Assembly: GCA_034780895.1 (NCBI GenBank)
Contig: JAUZTB010000066.1
Location: 22,604,242-22,668,241 of the forward strand
Source of the DNA: Rhynchobatus australiae
Lineage: Eukaryota
DNA: 64,000 bases
Direction: 5' to 3'
Shown: one piece after another, positions 49,495 to 60,467 of the stretch
Layout: every line of letters begins with the position of its first letter
How positions within the stretch are numbered: the stretch's first letter is position 1
Made by a program: the position numbers and the translations under genes
The notes under the pieces: generated by a model
The model's database searches: none
Seen by the model: the letters and a program-made list of their open reading frames with translations, nothing else
Told to the model about the DNA's origin: nothing

Positions 49495-51620
49495 NNNNNN
49501 NNNNNNNNNNNNNNNNNNNNNNNNNNNNNNNNNNNNNNNNNNNNNNNNNNNNNNNNNNNNNNNNNNNNNNNNNNNNNNNNNNNNNNNNNNNNNNNNNNNN
49601 NNNNNNNNNNNNNNNNNNNNNNNNNNNNNNNNNNNNNNNNNNNNNNNNNNNNNNNNNNNNNNNNNNNNNNNNNNNNNNNNNNNNNNNNNNNNNNNNNNNN
49701 NNNNNNNNNNNNNNNNNNNNNNNNNNNNNNNNNNNNNNNNNNNNNNNNNNNNNNNNNNNNNNNNNNNNNNNNNNNNNNNNNNNNNNNNNNNNNNNNNNNN
49801 NNNNNNNNNNNNNNNNNNNNNNNNNNNNNNNNNNNNNNNNNNNNNNNNNNNNNNNNNNNNNNNNNNNNNNNNNNNNNNNNNNNNNNNNNNNNNNNNNNNN
49901 NNNNNNNNNNNNNNNNNNNNNNNNNNNNNNNNNNNNNNNNNNNNNNNNNNNNNNNNNNNNNNNNNNNNNNNNNNNNNNNNNNNNNNNNNNNNNNNNNNNN
50001 NNNNNNNNNNNNNNNNNNNNNNNNNNNNNNNNNNNNNNNNNNNNNNNNNNNNNNNNNNNNNNNNNNNNNNNNNNNNNNNNNNNNNNNNNNNNNNNNNNCC
50101 GCACCATCTTGTGTCGGGGCCTCCGACGACGCTCGCGATCGTGGGAGCCGGTTCGTGAAAGGTAAGTCGCCACAGTATCATAATTGAAGTTTACAAGCCT
50201 TCTATCTTTTCAAGGACAGGAGACTTATTTATTTCATCGGAACATGACAAATATTTGGCTTTAATAGCATTGGATAATTTAATGAATAAAATATCACATT
50301 GTGCTATGCAAGGTTGAGGGAGGTTCCAGGGAGGGGAGAGAAATGAGTTTTGTTGAATGAGACTTGGAAATTAATTATGATAGACTCTTTGATACAAGGA
50401 TAGCCTTGTGGAGAGAGATCCAGTGAGACAATGGGAACAAGTAACTCTTGAATAAAAAGAAAATAACTTTCCCCAAAAAAAGGAATATCCTGATTTCACT
50501 AATATTCATGTATTAAGTGATGTTTTTGAGGTGTATTTGTGAACAAGGTTTTAAAAGTTTGAAGATGTTGGTTCTTTTCAAGACTTAGCACTTCTGCAAA
50601 TCATTTTGTTGATGAACCTGTGGAGCTTGCAAAGTGAAATCATTATCAGCAAACAAAATAGACAACAAGGAAACTTCCATCACAGTGCCACGTGTCATGT
50701 GCTTTAAGTCAGGCATTATCCTTTTAATGGCTGTCAGATAAAATGGAAGGCAGCCCTACTAATTGAAACAGGATCCAGGGCTTTTGTTTATGCAATAGTC
50801 CATGTAAGTGCAAGGGTAATAGCTTGCATGTGGAAGTGGAATGTTTTATTTAACTAAGATAAATTAAAGAAAATATACTGTTCAGCAAGCCGATATGATG
50901 TTTTGCAGTCTGCCTAACACAAGAGAAACCTTTTCTCCCAGGATAGGATGCTGACCTCTACACTGTGAAGTTGTAGTACTGCATTATGCAGATACTGAGG
51001 GAGCAGGTGCTCCTAGCTTCAGTTTAATGCAACATTAAGAGGCAGAGAGTTGGTTAACACTTTATCAATGCCAGACGAGATGGAACGTGAAATAGTTCCA
51101 AGCAGTTGTTGATCCTATCTCTATTAAGCACAGTCACACAGCCATGCAGAGTTGGTGTTTGCTCTCTGAATCCTAAGTTTAAGCCTCTTGAATTTTTGTG
51201 TGTTGAGCTATTTAAGTGTGTTTGTAAAGTTGGACTTGCTATACTTTTCCTAACCTTATGCTGTTGTGTGCTGGGTTTGCTAACTTCAAGCCAAATGGTG
51301 GTCTGTCATTTTGTTTTGTCAGACTTTGGAATGGAACAGGCTGTCACTATTATAAACTGACATTAATTTGTTGTGCTGCAAGGAGAACAGGTTGCACAAA
51401 GCTGGACTTTTTAATCACCAAAACAGATGTTAACGACATTTCAGGGTGTCAGCAGAAATTGGTCNNNNNNNNNNNNNNNNNNNNNNNNNNNNNNNNNNNN
51501 NNNNNNNNNNNNNNNNNNNNNNNNNNNNNNNNNNNNNNNNNNNNNNNNNNNNNNNNNNNNNNNNCTGAGAATCAACAGTCACTGTTCACTCTTCTATGCG
51601 AAAATAGCTATTACTGAGAC

Positions 51621-51848
51621 ACAAGAGACTGCAGATGCTGGAATCTGGAGCAACAAACTATCTGCTGAAGGAACTCAGCAAGTTGAGCAGTATCTGTGGG
51701 GGAAATGAATGGTTGATGTTTCAGGTCGAAACCGGGTGACTTCAGATCCTGATGCAGAGTTTTGACCCAAAATCTCGACAATTCCTTTCCTCCCACAGAT
51801 GCTGCTCGGCTCGCTGAGTTCCTGCAGCAGATTATTTTGTTGCTCCAA
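51621..51848. mobile_element. Fold-back PLE terminal-repeat insertion with 13-bp TSD
   Basis: Arms ~51636-51733 and ~51757-51847 are reverse complements. Flanks are ctattactgagac (51608-51620) and ctattgctgagac (51849-51861). The plus-strand core CTGATGC..cccAAAA has lost GAAA. Confidence 0.85.
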
Positions 51849-52195
51849 CTATTGCTGAGACTGGCTAAGCACTATAAACCTGCATTCATAGACAGGCTGC
51901 TGCACAACACACTACACACTCACAACTTATTCTGCATATGGTTCAAGATTAACCTTGCCCTTCTTCCTTACTTTGCTACAGCTACAACCACCTTCCAATG
52001 CCCACTTGTCTTGACCTAACCACTTCAAGAATGACATGGGTGTTCAAACCCATGGGGGCCACAGAGCAAAGGCCCAAGACCTGATCAACCCAGGTTGCAG
52101 AGGAAGTCATGCTGCTATCAGGATTATCCAGGGTAGTCCTCACTTATGACTCTGATCCCTGAAAAAATCCAACGATGAACTAATCTGTCTGTATG

Positions 52196-52300
52196 GCTCT
52201 CTCAGTTGAAGTTGATGTCACTATCACTCTCAACTTCTCAGGGTCTGGATCACTCCAGCTGTTGATGTTTGACCCAGATCACAGTCTGCTCCTTACCACT
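52196..52300 (+). pseudogene. HARBI1-like Harbinger transposase fragment
   Basis: 52196-52258 translates ALSVEVDVTITLNFSGSGSLQ (compare LPV.VKVT.ALNF.A.GSFQ). After a frameshift it gives SQSAPYHC (compare ISQS.VHRC). Confidence 0.65.
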
Positions 52301-52329
52301 GCTTTGGAGAAGAGATTGATCCTTTCTCC

Positions 52330-52525
52330 TCCGCAAGGCTAGACCTTATCGACTTCTCTTTCAGTCCACAGGAGCCCGTGTTCTTGCAGAGACCTCACTT
52401 GCATCTTCCTGCCAGAGGCACCAAGCTCTGGAGGTCCCATGGCCCGCTTGAATGGAGGGCATCCCTCCTGGGGCGATATGACCCACTAGCCTCTCAAGGT
52501 CCTCCAAAGTAGAAAATTGCTTATG
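52330..52525 (-). pseudogene. Harbinger Myb/SANT-like DNA-binding protein fragment
   Basis: With frameshifts: QFSTLEDLERLV..(P)RRDALH...WQEDASEVSART, resembling FS..DLE.LV..V..RR..L...W.EVA..VSA. Confidence 0.5.
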
Positions 52526-55477
52526 TGCCTGTAGCTCTAAGAAATTTGACAAGAGCTTTTTGGTACTACTAAAGGTTTCTGAAACAACAGCCTTGTGAGG
52601 ATCTGCTCAATAAACCTGGGAGCATGCTTCTGCCCTCAGGAGTCATTAGAGCAGCCATGGTGGAGTATTCAGTACTCTTCAGAGGCTGGAGGAGTGCTGA
52701 TGGCATTGTGCATGTATGCCTTCAACGGTAGCTGATGAGCCTTCAGCAACATGGCTTGGTGCTGGTAGATTTGAAAAATTGGAGTAATGCCCACTGTTTC
52801 TGAAACAGCAGCCCTCCTCAGTAAACTCAAGAGCCTACCCTCCCAGCTGAGGGGCCCAACAGGACCTAACTATTCACTGGGTTAGGCAGCGCACATGAAG
52901 AGTGGGATTACATGAGAGAGCCCAATCATTAGGAAGTGTAATATTAAAACCCGACNNNNNNNNNNNNNNNNNNNNNNNNNNNNNTAACCAACCCAACACA
53001 TTCAATCCAAAAAGTTAAGCAATCTCAAGCGTGCTCTTCACATTCACTGAAGCTCCACTAAGATTAGACCTGTACAGAGCCGAACTGGCACAGCACTGTC
53101 CAACCCAATCTGCATGTTGTTGGGTCCCATTCAGCTCCAGTGGGGAAGTCAGACTCCGACAACAATGGTCCTGTTCTAAAATGGCACTGTCAAATTTTCA
53201 GAGGTTTTCAAAGCAGCAACAGGGAGACGGGGACACTGCACAAACATATCAACGCTGAGAAAGAGGTTCACGTGCCTTCCCAGGCCTATATTCCCATATT
53301 TGATTGGTGATTTTGTATTGGATCTGATCAATTTTACCTAATTTCAATTAATTTCAAGTAGGCTCCAACCACTTAATTCAGCATGATATCAAGGATGCCC
53401 ATCCAACATGGACTCTGGGTTTTCCAAAGTGCTGTTTGCAGAGGTTTACCACAACCTCAGAAGATGCAATCCACAGTATATTTAGAACCCTGATTTATAT
53501 CAGTGGGTTTTGACTACAAAAGCTTTTTCCCCATAAATAATCTCTTGCATTTTGTGAAAAATTCTGTTGCATTTTGTTGTGTTTTTTTTTTCCTGAATTT
53601 GCCATATTTCATCGATACTAGACATACGTGCTTAAAAGCATATTGAATTTTAAAATCAGGGGTTGTAAGTTAACAGTGATAATTGTCTTCAGAAAAGATG
53701 TCACAAATAATTTCATTTTATCCTTCAGCATTATGCAATATCAGTACATGACTATATCCCTAAAGTAGCACTATATGTGTGCACACATTGACTTCAAAAA
53801 ACAGTATTGCCTGTTAATACCCATGTAAAATGTTAACAACTTTGAAGATGTTTTTCCTCAATTAAATGTTTTTCAATTGCAGCATTTGAATTTCAAAGTT
53901 ATTCACACTGATTTGCTTAATGGCATTTCAGCGATGAGAGTCTTTTTGTAGAATTTAGGGGGGAAAATGAGCTATTTAAGAAAGTTAACTGACATCACAA
54001 TAGGAAGAATTTTATCTGTGAAATGAATAACAAAGGTACTTGAATGTATTAAAAATCATGCATCAGTATAATAGTTTTAATTCTTAAATATGGCTGTTGA
54101 AATTCTTTTGCATTGTCAGATGTTATTTCTCCTTACCCAGGATTTCATGAATGTAAAGTGTGCTTTGGTAGAAGGATCCTGTTTATTAGTTCAACTGAAT
54201 GCTGATGATGGCTTGCCCAGTGAGCTTGACAGAGCCAAAGCCTGTGATTTTATTTATGGTCCTGTCAGTGACACACGCTTGTGGTTGTGCAAGAATTCAA
54301 AGCCCAAATTACTCGCCAGTGACAAATGGCTACTGCTTTCTACTCCATTTCACAAGGCAGAGCATGGCTGCANNNNNNNNNNNNNNNNNNNNNNNNNNNN
54401 ATGCCTTTGCAGCTCCCTGGAGGCCTTCAGGAGCTGTAATGGACTCAGCGTTAATTGCTAGATGAAGGACAGCAGCAGTTCCTTGCAGGCTGATTCCCGA
54501 TCCCCTGCGACTACAGCTGTCCAGTTCTGTGAAAAGATTGTTCTGACACACAAACATTTTAGCTCCAGAGTTCAATCAATGCACCTCACTCTGCGTACAC
54601 ACAAGCACAGTGCTGGCTTTAGTGGTTTCCAATCTGTCTGCTGAGCAGTGAAAGTAGTTGCCAATTGTTAAGCCCAAAGAGACCATAATCCTCCGTTCCT
54701 GCGGTATACAAGTGCAAATAGAAGATATTCAGCATATTACAGTGGAACTGGCCGATTCAGAGTTATTTGTAAGGATCAGTATTGTCTTTGATGACTCAAT
54801 AATTATATTGCTGCAAGATGAATTCTGATGAATTCCTGCACTGCTGATTTTTCACCATTATTTTGTATTTTTACTTCACCCTTGTTGTAGGTCCAGTTTC
54901 TCTCTGAATGACTCCTGACTACAAAATTTCTGTCTCCATTGATAACGTGCAGATGTTCACGTCGTAATACTAATCCATGTCTACAATTAGCTCCACTCCA
55001 CGACTAGCTACAACGATAACTGGTTCAGGCCAAGAAAACTAAATGATCTTAGTTTTGCCATCTGAAAGTATGGAGACCCTTTCTCCCCTTTGGTGCCCAG
55101 ACTAACATCACGTCAGTTTGAATGACAGACGTCTCTGAATTTTAAACTTAAACCATTCTCATTTGGAAGATATATTCTCAAGTCATATTAACAGCAGAAG
55201 GCCCAACACTGTTAAACTATTACTTTGATGAAATATAATGGATGAACCTCTGAACTGAGCATTTTTCAGTTTAGACTGAACTTGATAAATCTTTCTTTGA
55301 AAATAACAAAGCATTCTAAACAAAATCATAGAATCATCTCTGTGCAGAAAGAGGTAATTCTGCCATTTAATCCATGCCAGCTCCTTGAAGAACAATGCAA
55401 TCAACCCCACTTCCACCATTCTTTCTCCTTAGGCCTGTAAATTGTTTTCCCTCAAGTGCCCATCTCAATCCTTTCAG

Positions 55478-55700
55478 AAACCTGAAAATGCTGCAGAGAG
55501 TCAGCGGGTCAGACAGCATCTGTGGAGATAGAAACGGAGTCAACCTCAGAGGTCATGGACTATTCAGAACTTAACTCTGCTCACAATCAGCTGAAAGGAC
55601 ATTGAATTGAGACATTAACTCCGTCTCTCTCATCACAGGTGCTGCCCAATCTGCAGAGTGACCCCAGATTCTCTTATCTCACATTTCCGATATTTGCACT
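55478..55700. mobile_element. Old fold-back PLE terminal-repeat pair nested in CR1
   Basis: gaaaatgctgcagagagtcagcgggtcagacagcatctgtggagatagaaacggagt on the left versus inverted actccgtctctctcatcacaggtgctgcccaatctgcagagt on the right. Confidence 0.68.
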
Positions 55701-58027
55701 TCTTGAAGCCCCTCGCAGACACTATTTCTACTCACCTTACAGTCATGACTACCAGATACTGGTACTGGATACGGAACCCAGTTTGGGCAAATGGGAATAG
55801 TGTAGATTGGCATAAAGGTTGGCATGGTGGGCAGAAGTGCTATACAACTCTATGACCAGAACCACTTTCTCACTGTACAAAGAAGTTTTTCTTCTTATTC
55901 CCCCCACATATCATTTACCTACTATTTGAATCTGTGTCGCCTAATCCTTGAACCACTGGATAATGGGAACAACTTTCATCTAAGCTATCTTAACTCTATC
56001 AAATCAACTCTCAACTTTCTTTGCTGCAAGGAAGACAACCCCATTTTTTCCACTCTAACTTTAGAGCTAAAATTCTTCAGTCCTAGGAAGAACACCAGTA
56101 AGTATCTTTACATCCACTGTAGACGTTCACATCCTGTTTAAAATGCAATGAAGAGAATTAGAAGTAATGTTCCAGTTAAGGCCTAACCAGCGTTTTATTC
56201 AAATTCAACATGACCTCCCTGCCTTTTGTGCTAATGCCTCTGTTTACTAAGCCCAAATTTCAATGCCCACCAAATTTAGTGGCCGGTCTTGAGCCTGGTT
56301 CAAGGATTGGGATGGCTTTGATCAGGCATGAGCTGTGACTGAAAGACTGAGGGGAAGACATGAAGTCTTGTGCCGTGGTGCATGGTGTGGTGGGGGGGAG
56401 ACACAGGGACTGGAGCAAAGCTGCGTTTGGGGGAAAGGGAAAGTGGAGAAACATCAGAGGTCTGTACCTTAAGCTGGAAGTTGGGGTGAGAGTGATTCCA
56501 TTGAGGGTCAAATATGTGGAGTGGATATTGAGGCATTCATCGGGAGCTTTGTGGGATTACAGGGTCAGGAGAAGGTCAGGGCTTGGTGAGTCTGGGCTGT
56601 TGGGCACTGGTCTCGGAGAGCTGTGGGTTTGGTATATCACAAGATCAGATCCTTGGCCTTGAGGGAGTGCAGATTTGGGATGAGGTTAAGGTTCAAGGGG
56701 TTGGAGCCTGGTTGCCACAGTTCTGAGACTAGGTGGGGTGGGTTGTTGCTACAGTGGTGGGAGAAGGCCCATAAAATAAATAAATCCTCACTGATGGCTG
56801 TCCCATCCAACACAGCACTGGGAAGACCAGGTAGTCCTAAAATGACCACTTCATTTTCATGGTGACATAAAAGGTTCATTTTATTCCAAGGGGGTGGGGT
56901 GGGGAGGGAAGCAAAATCAATCTTCATGTCCTGCCATGTGTATATGTAGGTTCCATGCTTTAGTTTCTTTTCTCCCCCCTTGTTCTTTATGCTAAACTGT
57001 ATCACTTCACACTTCTCCATATTACATTTCTTCTGCCTCTCGTCTGCCCTTTCTGCCAACCTGTCTCTGTTCTCTCACAGTCTATTCCCATCCTCCTTAC
57101 TGGTTACCACACCACATGTTTTGTATTGCTTGCAGAATTTTGAAAGTCTACCCTGCACACTCATATCAAAGTCATGAATACAGCAGCAGTCTGAGTACTG
57201 ACCCATGGGATAACAGGAGATCAGTTCTGCCTACCACCTTCCAGTCTATAGAAAATAATTGTTTACCATGACTTTTGGCTCTATGTTGTTCAGTCTATTT
57301 CTTATTTGTGCTGCCAATGACCACTTTGTTCCACAGACCTCAATTTTATTAATCAGCCTTTTAAATGGGACTTAATGAAAGTTCTTCTAAAAATCCATAG
57401 ACAACAGCTACTACATTCCCTTTATTAGTTTTCTCTTGTTACCCCATCAAAGAAATCAGCTTAGTGAAGCATTATCTGATTTTAACAAGTCAATGATGAG
57501 TCTCTTTCATTAACTTCAACCTCCAATTGCCACTTAATTTCTTCCCCTGATTATTGCTCCAAGAGCATCCACACCACCAACATTAAACTAATGAGCATGT
57601 AGATGCCCAGCATATCTTTGCACCCTTTTTCGAACAGGGATGTTGTATTGCCATTCTCCAGTCCTCTGGCCCTATAACTAAGGAGGATTAGATGACGATG
57701 TCATCCCCTTCTGCAACTTCCATTGTCATTTCACTCAGCAGTCTGGGGTGCATTCCACCCAAACCAAGGCCAGTCCTTTCTTGTACCATCTCCTTGTTAC
57801 TTTTTTACCACATCCATTAGCCCATTCTACTAAGACTTTGATAATGTAGCTCTGCCATCTTAGTCCCTCATTGGCTCTGGCCTTGCTCTTACTTCCTGTT
57901 GACCACAGATGCCTATTAAAGAATTTTGTTTTCCCTTTTATGTCAACTGGCATACTATTTACATATTCCTCTTTGCATGTCTTATTTTCCATTTTGCCTC
58001 CCCTTTCAGCTAACTGTTCTCAATGTG

Positions 58028-58073
58028 TCAGGGGAATAATTCACCCTGGTTTTCAGCTGAATTATTCCCCTGA
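58028..58073. repeat. Perfect 16-bp inverted repeat with 14-nt spacer
   Basis: tcaggggaataattca-ccctggttttcagc-tgaattattcccctga. Confidence 0.92.
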
Positions 58074-58308
58074 AAAACACTTACTTTCCTTTTGTTTCAT
58101 TTTTTTCTGTGTTTCCTTCCTCCTTTGTAATCAGAAGAGGAAACCTTGACTTTGGTTTCATTACTTTTTCACCTGTTGGAATGTACTTTGGGGGAATCTC
58201 CTCTTTGAAGCTCTTGCACTATTCCATTACAGCTTTATCTGCCAGTGTTTGGTTCCACTTTCTCTGACTAGATTCCACTCATCCCATTGAAATTAGCCCT
58301 TTTTCATC

Positions 58309-58719
58309 TGTTACGGACTAGGACTATTAGTGAGGTTCCTTTAAGATAGTGTGTGTGTGTGTGTGTGTGTGGCGTGCTTACGTCAACAGAAGATAAAGAA
58401 CGTCATGACGTTGTTGTTGAAACAANNNNNNNNNNNNNNNNNNNNNNNNNNNNNNNNNNNNNNNNNNNNNNNNNNNNNNNNNNNNNNNNNNNNNNNNNNN
58501 NNNNNNNNNNNNNNNNNNNNNNNNNTGGGAATTTGCCACACACACACACGACAAGTTTAGTTAGTTTTGGGAGTTAATGTTCGGGGTTTAACATTTTTAC
58601 TTTTAACAATCTAATATTTTTACTTTTATTTTACTTATTATCATAAGTAGTTATTAATAAAGTAGTTTTTAACGCTTATACATGTCTCGGTGTGTTTCTC
58701 TTGTTGCTGGTATGTAACA
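58309..58719 (+). mobile_element. LTR (solo or collapsed LTR retrotransposon, probably Gypsy-type) with 4-bp TSD
   Basis: Starts TGTTAC and ends GTAACA (6-bp terminal inverted repeat, TG...CA). CATC flanks both ends (58305-58308, 58720-58723). AATAAA at 58656-58661, internal (TG)n and a 100-N gap. Confidence 0.85.
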
Positions 58720-60249
58720 CATCTAAGATTGTTCCTTGCCCCTCTCCATTACTGTTCTAAGCTTTATGATCAATGAGCACTGTTTCCAAATATCCATCCA
58801 CTTGTCTGCATGTAAATTTGGGAATTGTGGAATTTATCATTGATCCAACAACTTCATTGGCTGAATAGTGCTCTGGATGTTGTTGAAGACACAATCTAAG
58901 TACAAGTCATTTTTTCTTTCTTGTTTTCATCAGTCTTGCTGCTATTGAAATTTATCTGGAACAAATATCTTGTATCTACCAGATAAAGAATTGGATGGGA
59001 CTTGGGCAAATCTTCTGGAAAAACACTTGGTCTCTGTAGATCTTGGAAAGCTTCTGAAGATATGCTTTAGAATTCAGAATGTACTGTGTAGTAAAGGATT
59101 GCAATTACAAAGATCAAAGCTCACATTCTGTCAAGACAGCCAACAAAACTGCTGAAATTCAAGAGAAAAATCAAATCTTTTCAGAAAACATAGAAGCCAT
59201 GATTGAAGTCACTTCTAGCAGTAATTATTTTGGATGTTACTATCAGAACTTCCATCATCAAGCAACATCAGTTGAACTCAAGAGCATCCTTGGGGTTTTA
59301 CCTCAGGAGTTGCTGCACATAAACTTGTGGAACCATCAAACAACTGGCCGGATGCCAGATCAAGAAAATCCTGACAGGAAAATAACTGGCTGAAATATTG
59401 GCCTCGGTTTTAGCTTGAGGTGAGCCCTGTGCTGGGGGTGCTGATGTGGAGTCACAAACTAGAAAGAAATGCGGGTTCTGAGTTAGACTGGATTATGTAG
59501 TTTGATGTGATGGTAAATGCAAAGAGAAATTAATTCAGACAGGCACTGTATTATGGACATATAATCATTCTCATTCTGATTGTGCTCTATGAATTATTAG
59601 CTCAACTTGGATATTTCCAATTAAGTGAAATCACTAACTTGAAGTCAGGCTAAATGAATCAGTTGGGAGGATAGCTGCTCACCAGATGGGGAAAAAAAAA
59701 CTTGCAGTGATGGAGCATCCCATCTCTGGGGGAAATGAATGAAAACACGGCAATAACAGATGCTATGGAAACCACTTAGATTCCCTCTAATAAGCAGTAG
59801 AAAGGTTACAAAAAAATCACTTGGCTATAATCCAGTGGGATTCAGGTCCTCCTGTCAACCAAAGTCAGTTTTGTAGCTTTAACATGGTTCTTTTTAAATT
59901 CATAAGTATCTTCAGCAAGAAGAGTTGACGTGTGGGTTTTTAACTGAACTGTACCATTTTTTAGACCAACTGTGAAATAAAAAAAATGTTCCAGCAGGCT
60001 ACTAAGATTGATAACCCAGCTAATATATGTTTGTATCTTTCTTATTCCCTGGTGTCTGCACAAGATCAGGAGATAGGTTTGGATGAATAGGATCCTTTAG
60101 CTCATTTTATCTCATTCTTTGCATCACTAAGTATTATTACAACACCTAGATGTTGAAAGGAGTCTCACTAGCTGAAACTGCTTTGGGTTTCCTTTCTTTA
60201 TCCTGATAAGTACTTTATTGTTGCTAATTCAAGTAGATGTGCACAACAT

Positions 60250-60467
60250 TTTCTCATCCCAAAGATGTGGATGTTGGCAGGTCAATTTGCCACTGTAAAT
60301 TGCCTGTAGCAGGTAGGTGAGTGGTAGAATCCTGGGGAAGTTGATGAAAATGTTGAGAAAATAGAAAATGGAATTAATGTAGAATTGATGTAAATGGGTG
60401 ATTGATGGTTGGCATGGATTCACTGGGCCAAATGGCCTGTTTCCATACTGTATCGCTCTGTGACTCT
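60250..60467 (+). mobile_element. V-SINE (HE1/HER1-like) 3' half with CR1-like tail
   Basis: catcccaaagatgtg..ttggcaggtcaatttgccactgtaaattgcc, ending gggccaaatggcctgtttccatactgtatcgctctgtgactct. Confidence 0.75.

Larger units (their letters stand above)
52030..52955. mobile_element. Degraded, internally deleted PIF/Harbinger DNA transposon
   Basis: A plus-strand transposase motif (52196-52300) faces a minus-strand Myb/SANT-like fragment (52330-52525). Outer boundaries are approximate, taken from the GC-richer block. Confidence 0.6.
55325..58790 (-). mobile_element. Long, old CR1 LINE carrying three later insertions
   Basis: CR1 tail atcatagaatcat..gcagaaagagg at 55325, ORF2 C-terminal block at ~56030-56260, AERADERQKKCNMEKCEVIQFS at 57059-56990, and further RT and linker-like blocks to ~58790, all colinear on the minus strand. 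Confidence 0.72.

Noticed and set aside
51747-51780. Hammerhead cores at 51749, 12057-12090, ~45350-45380 and ~46385-46420 as active ribozymes
   Set aside because: Essential core positions are mutated (GAAA to AAAA, or CUGANGA to CUGACAA/CUGACCA), so they are counted only as relics.
59079-59393. 104-aa ORF (MYCVVKDCNY...) with a THAP-like CxxxxC start
   Set aside because: The rest lacks the THAP signature (F.FP, W, C..HF), and there is no other support.
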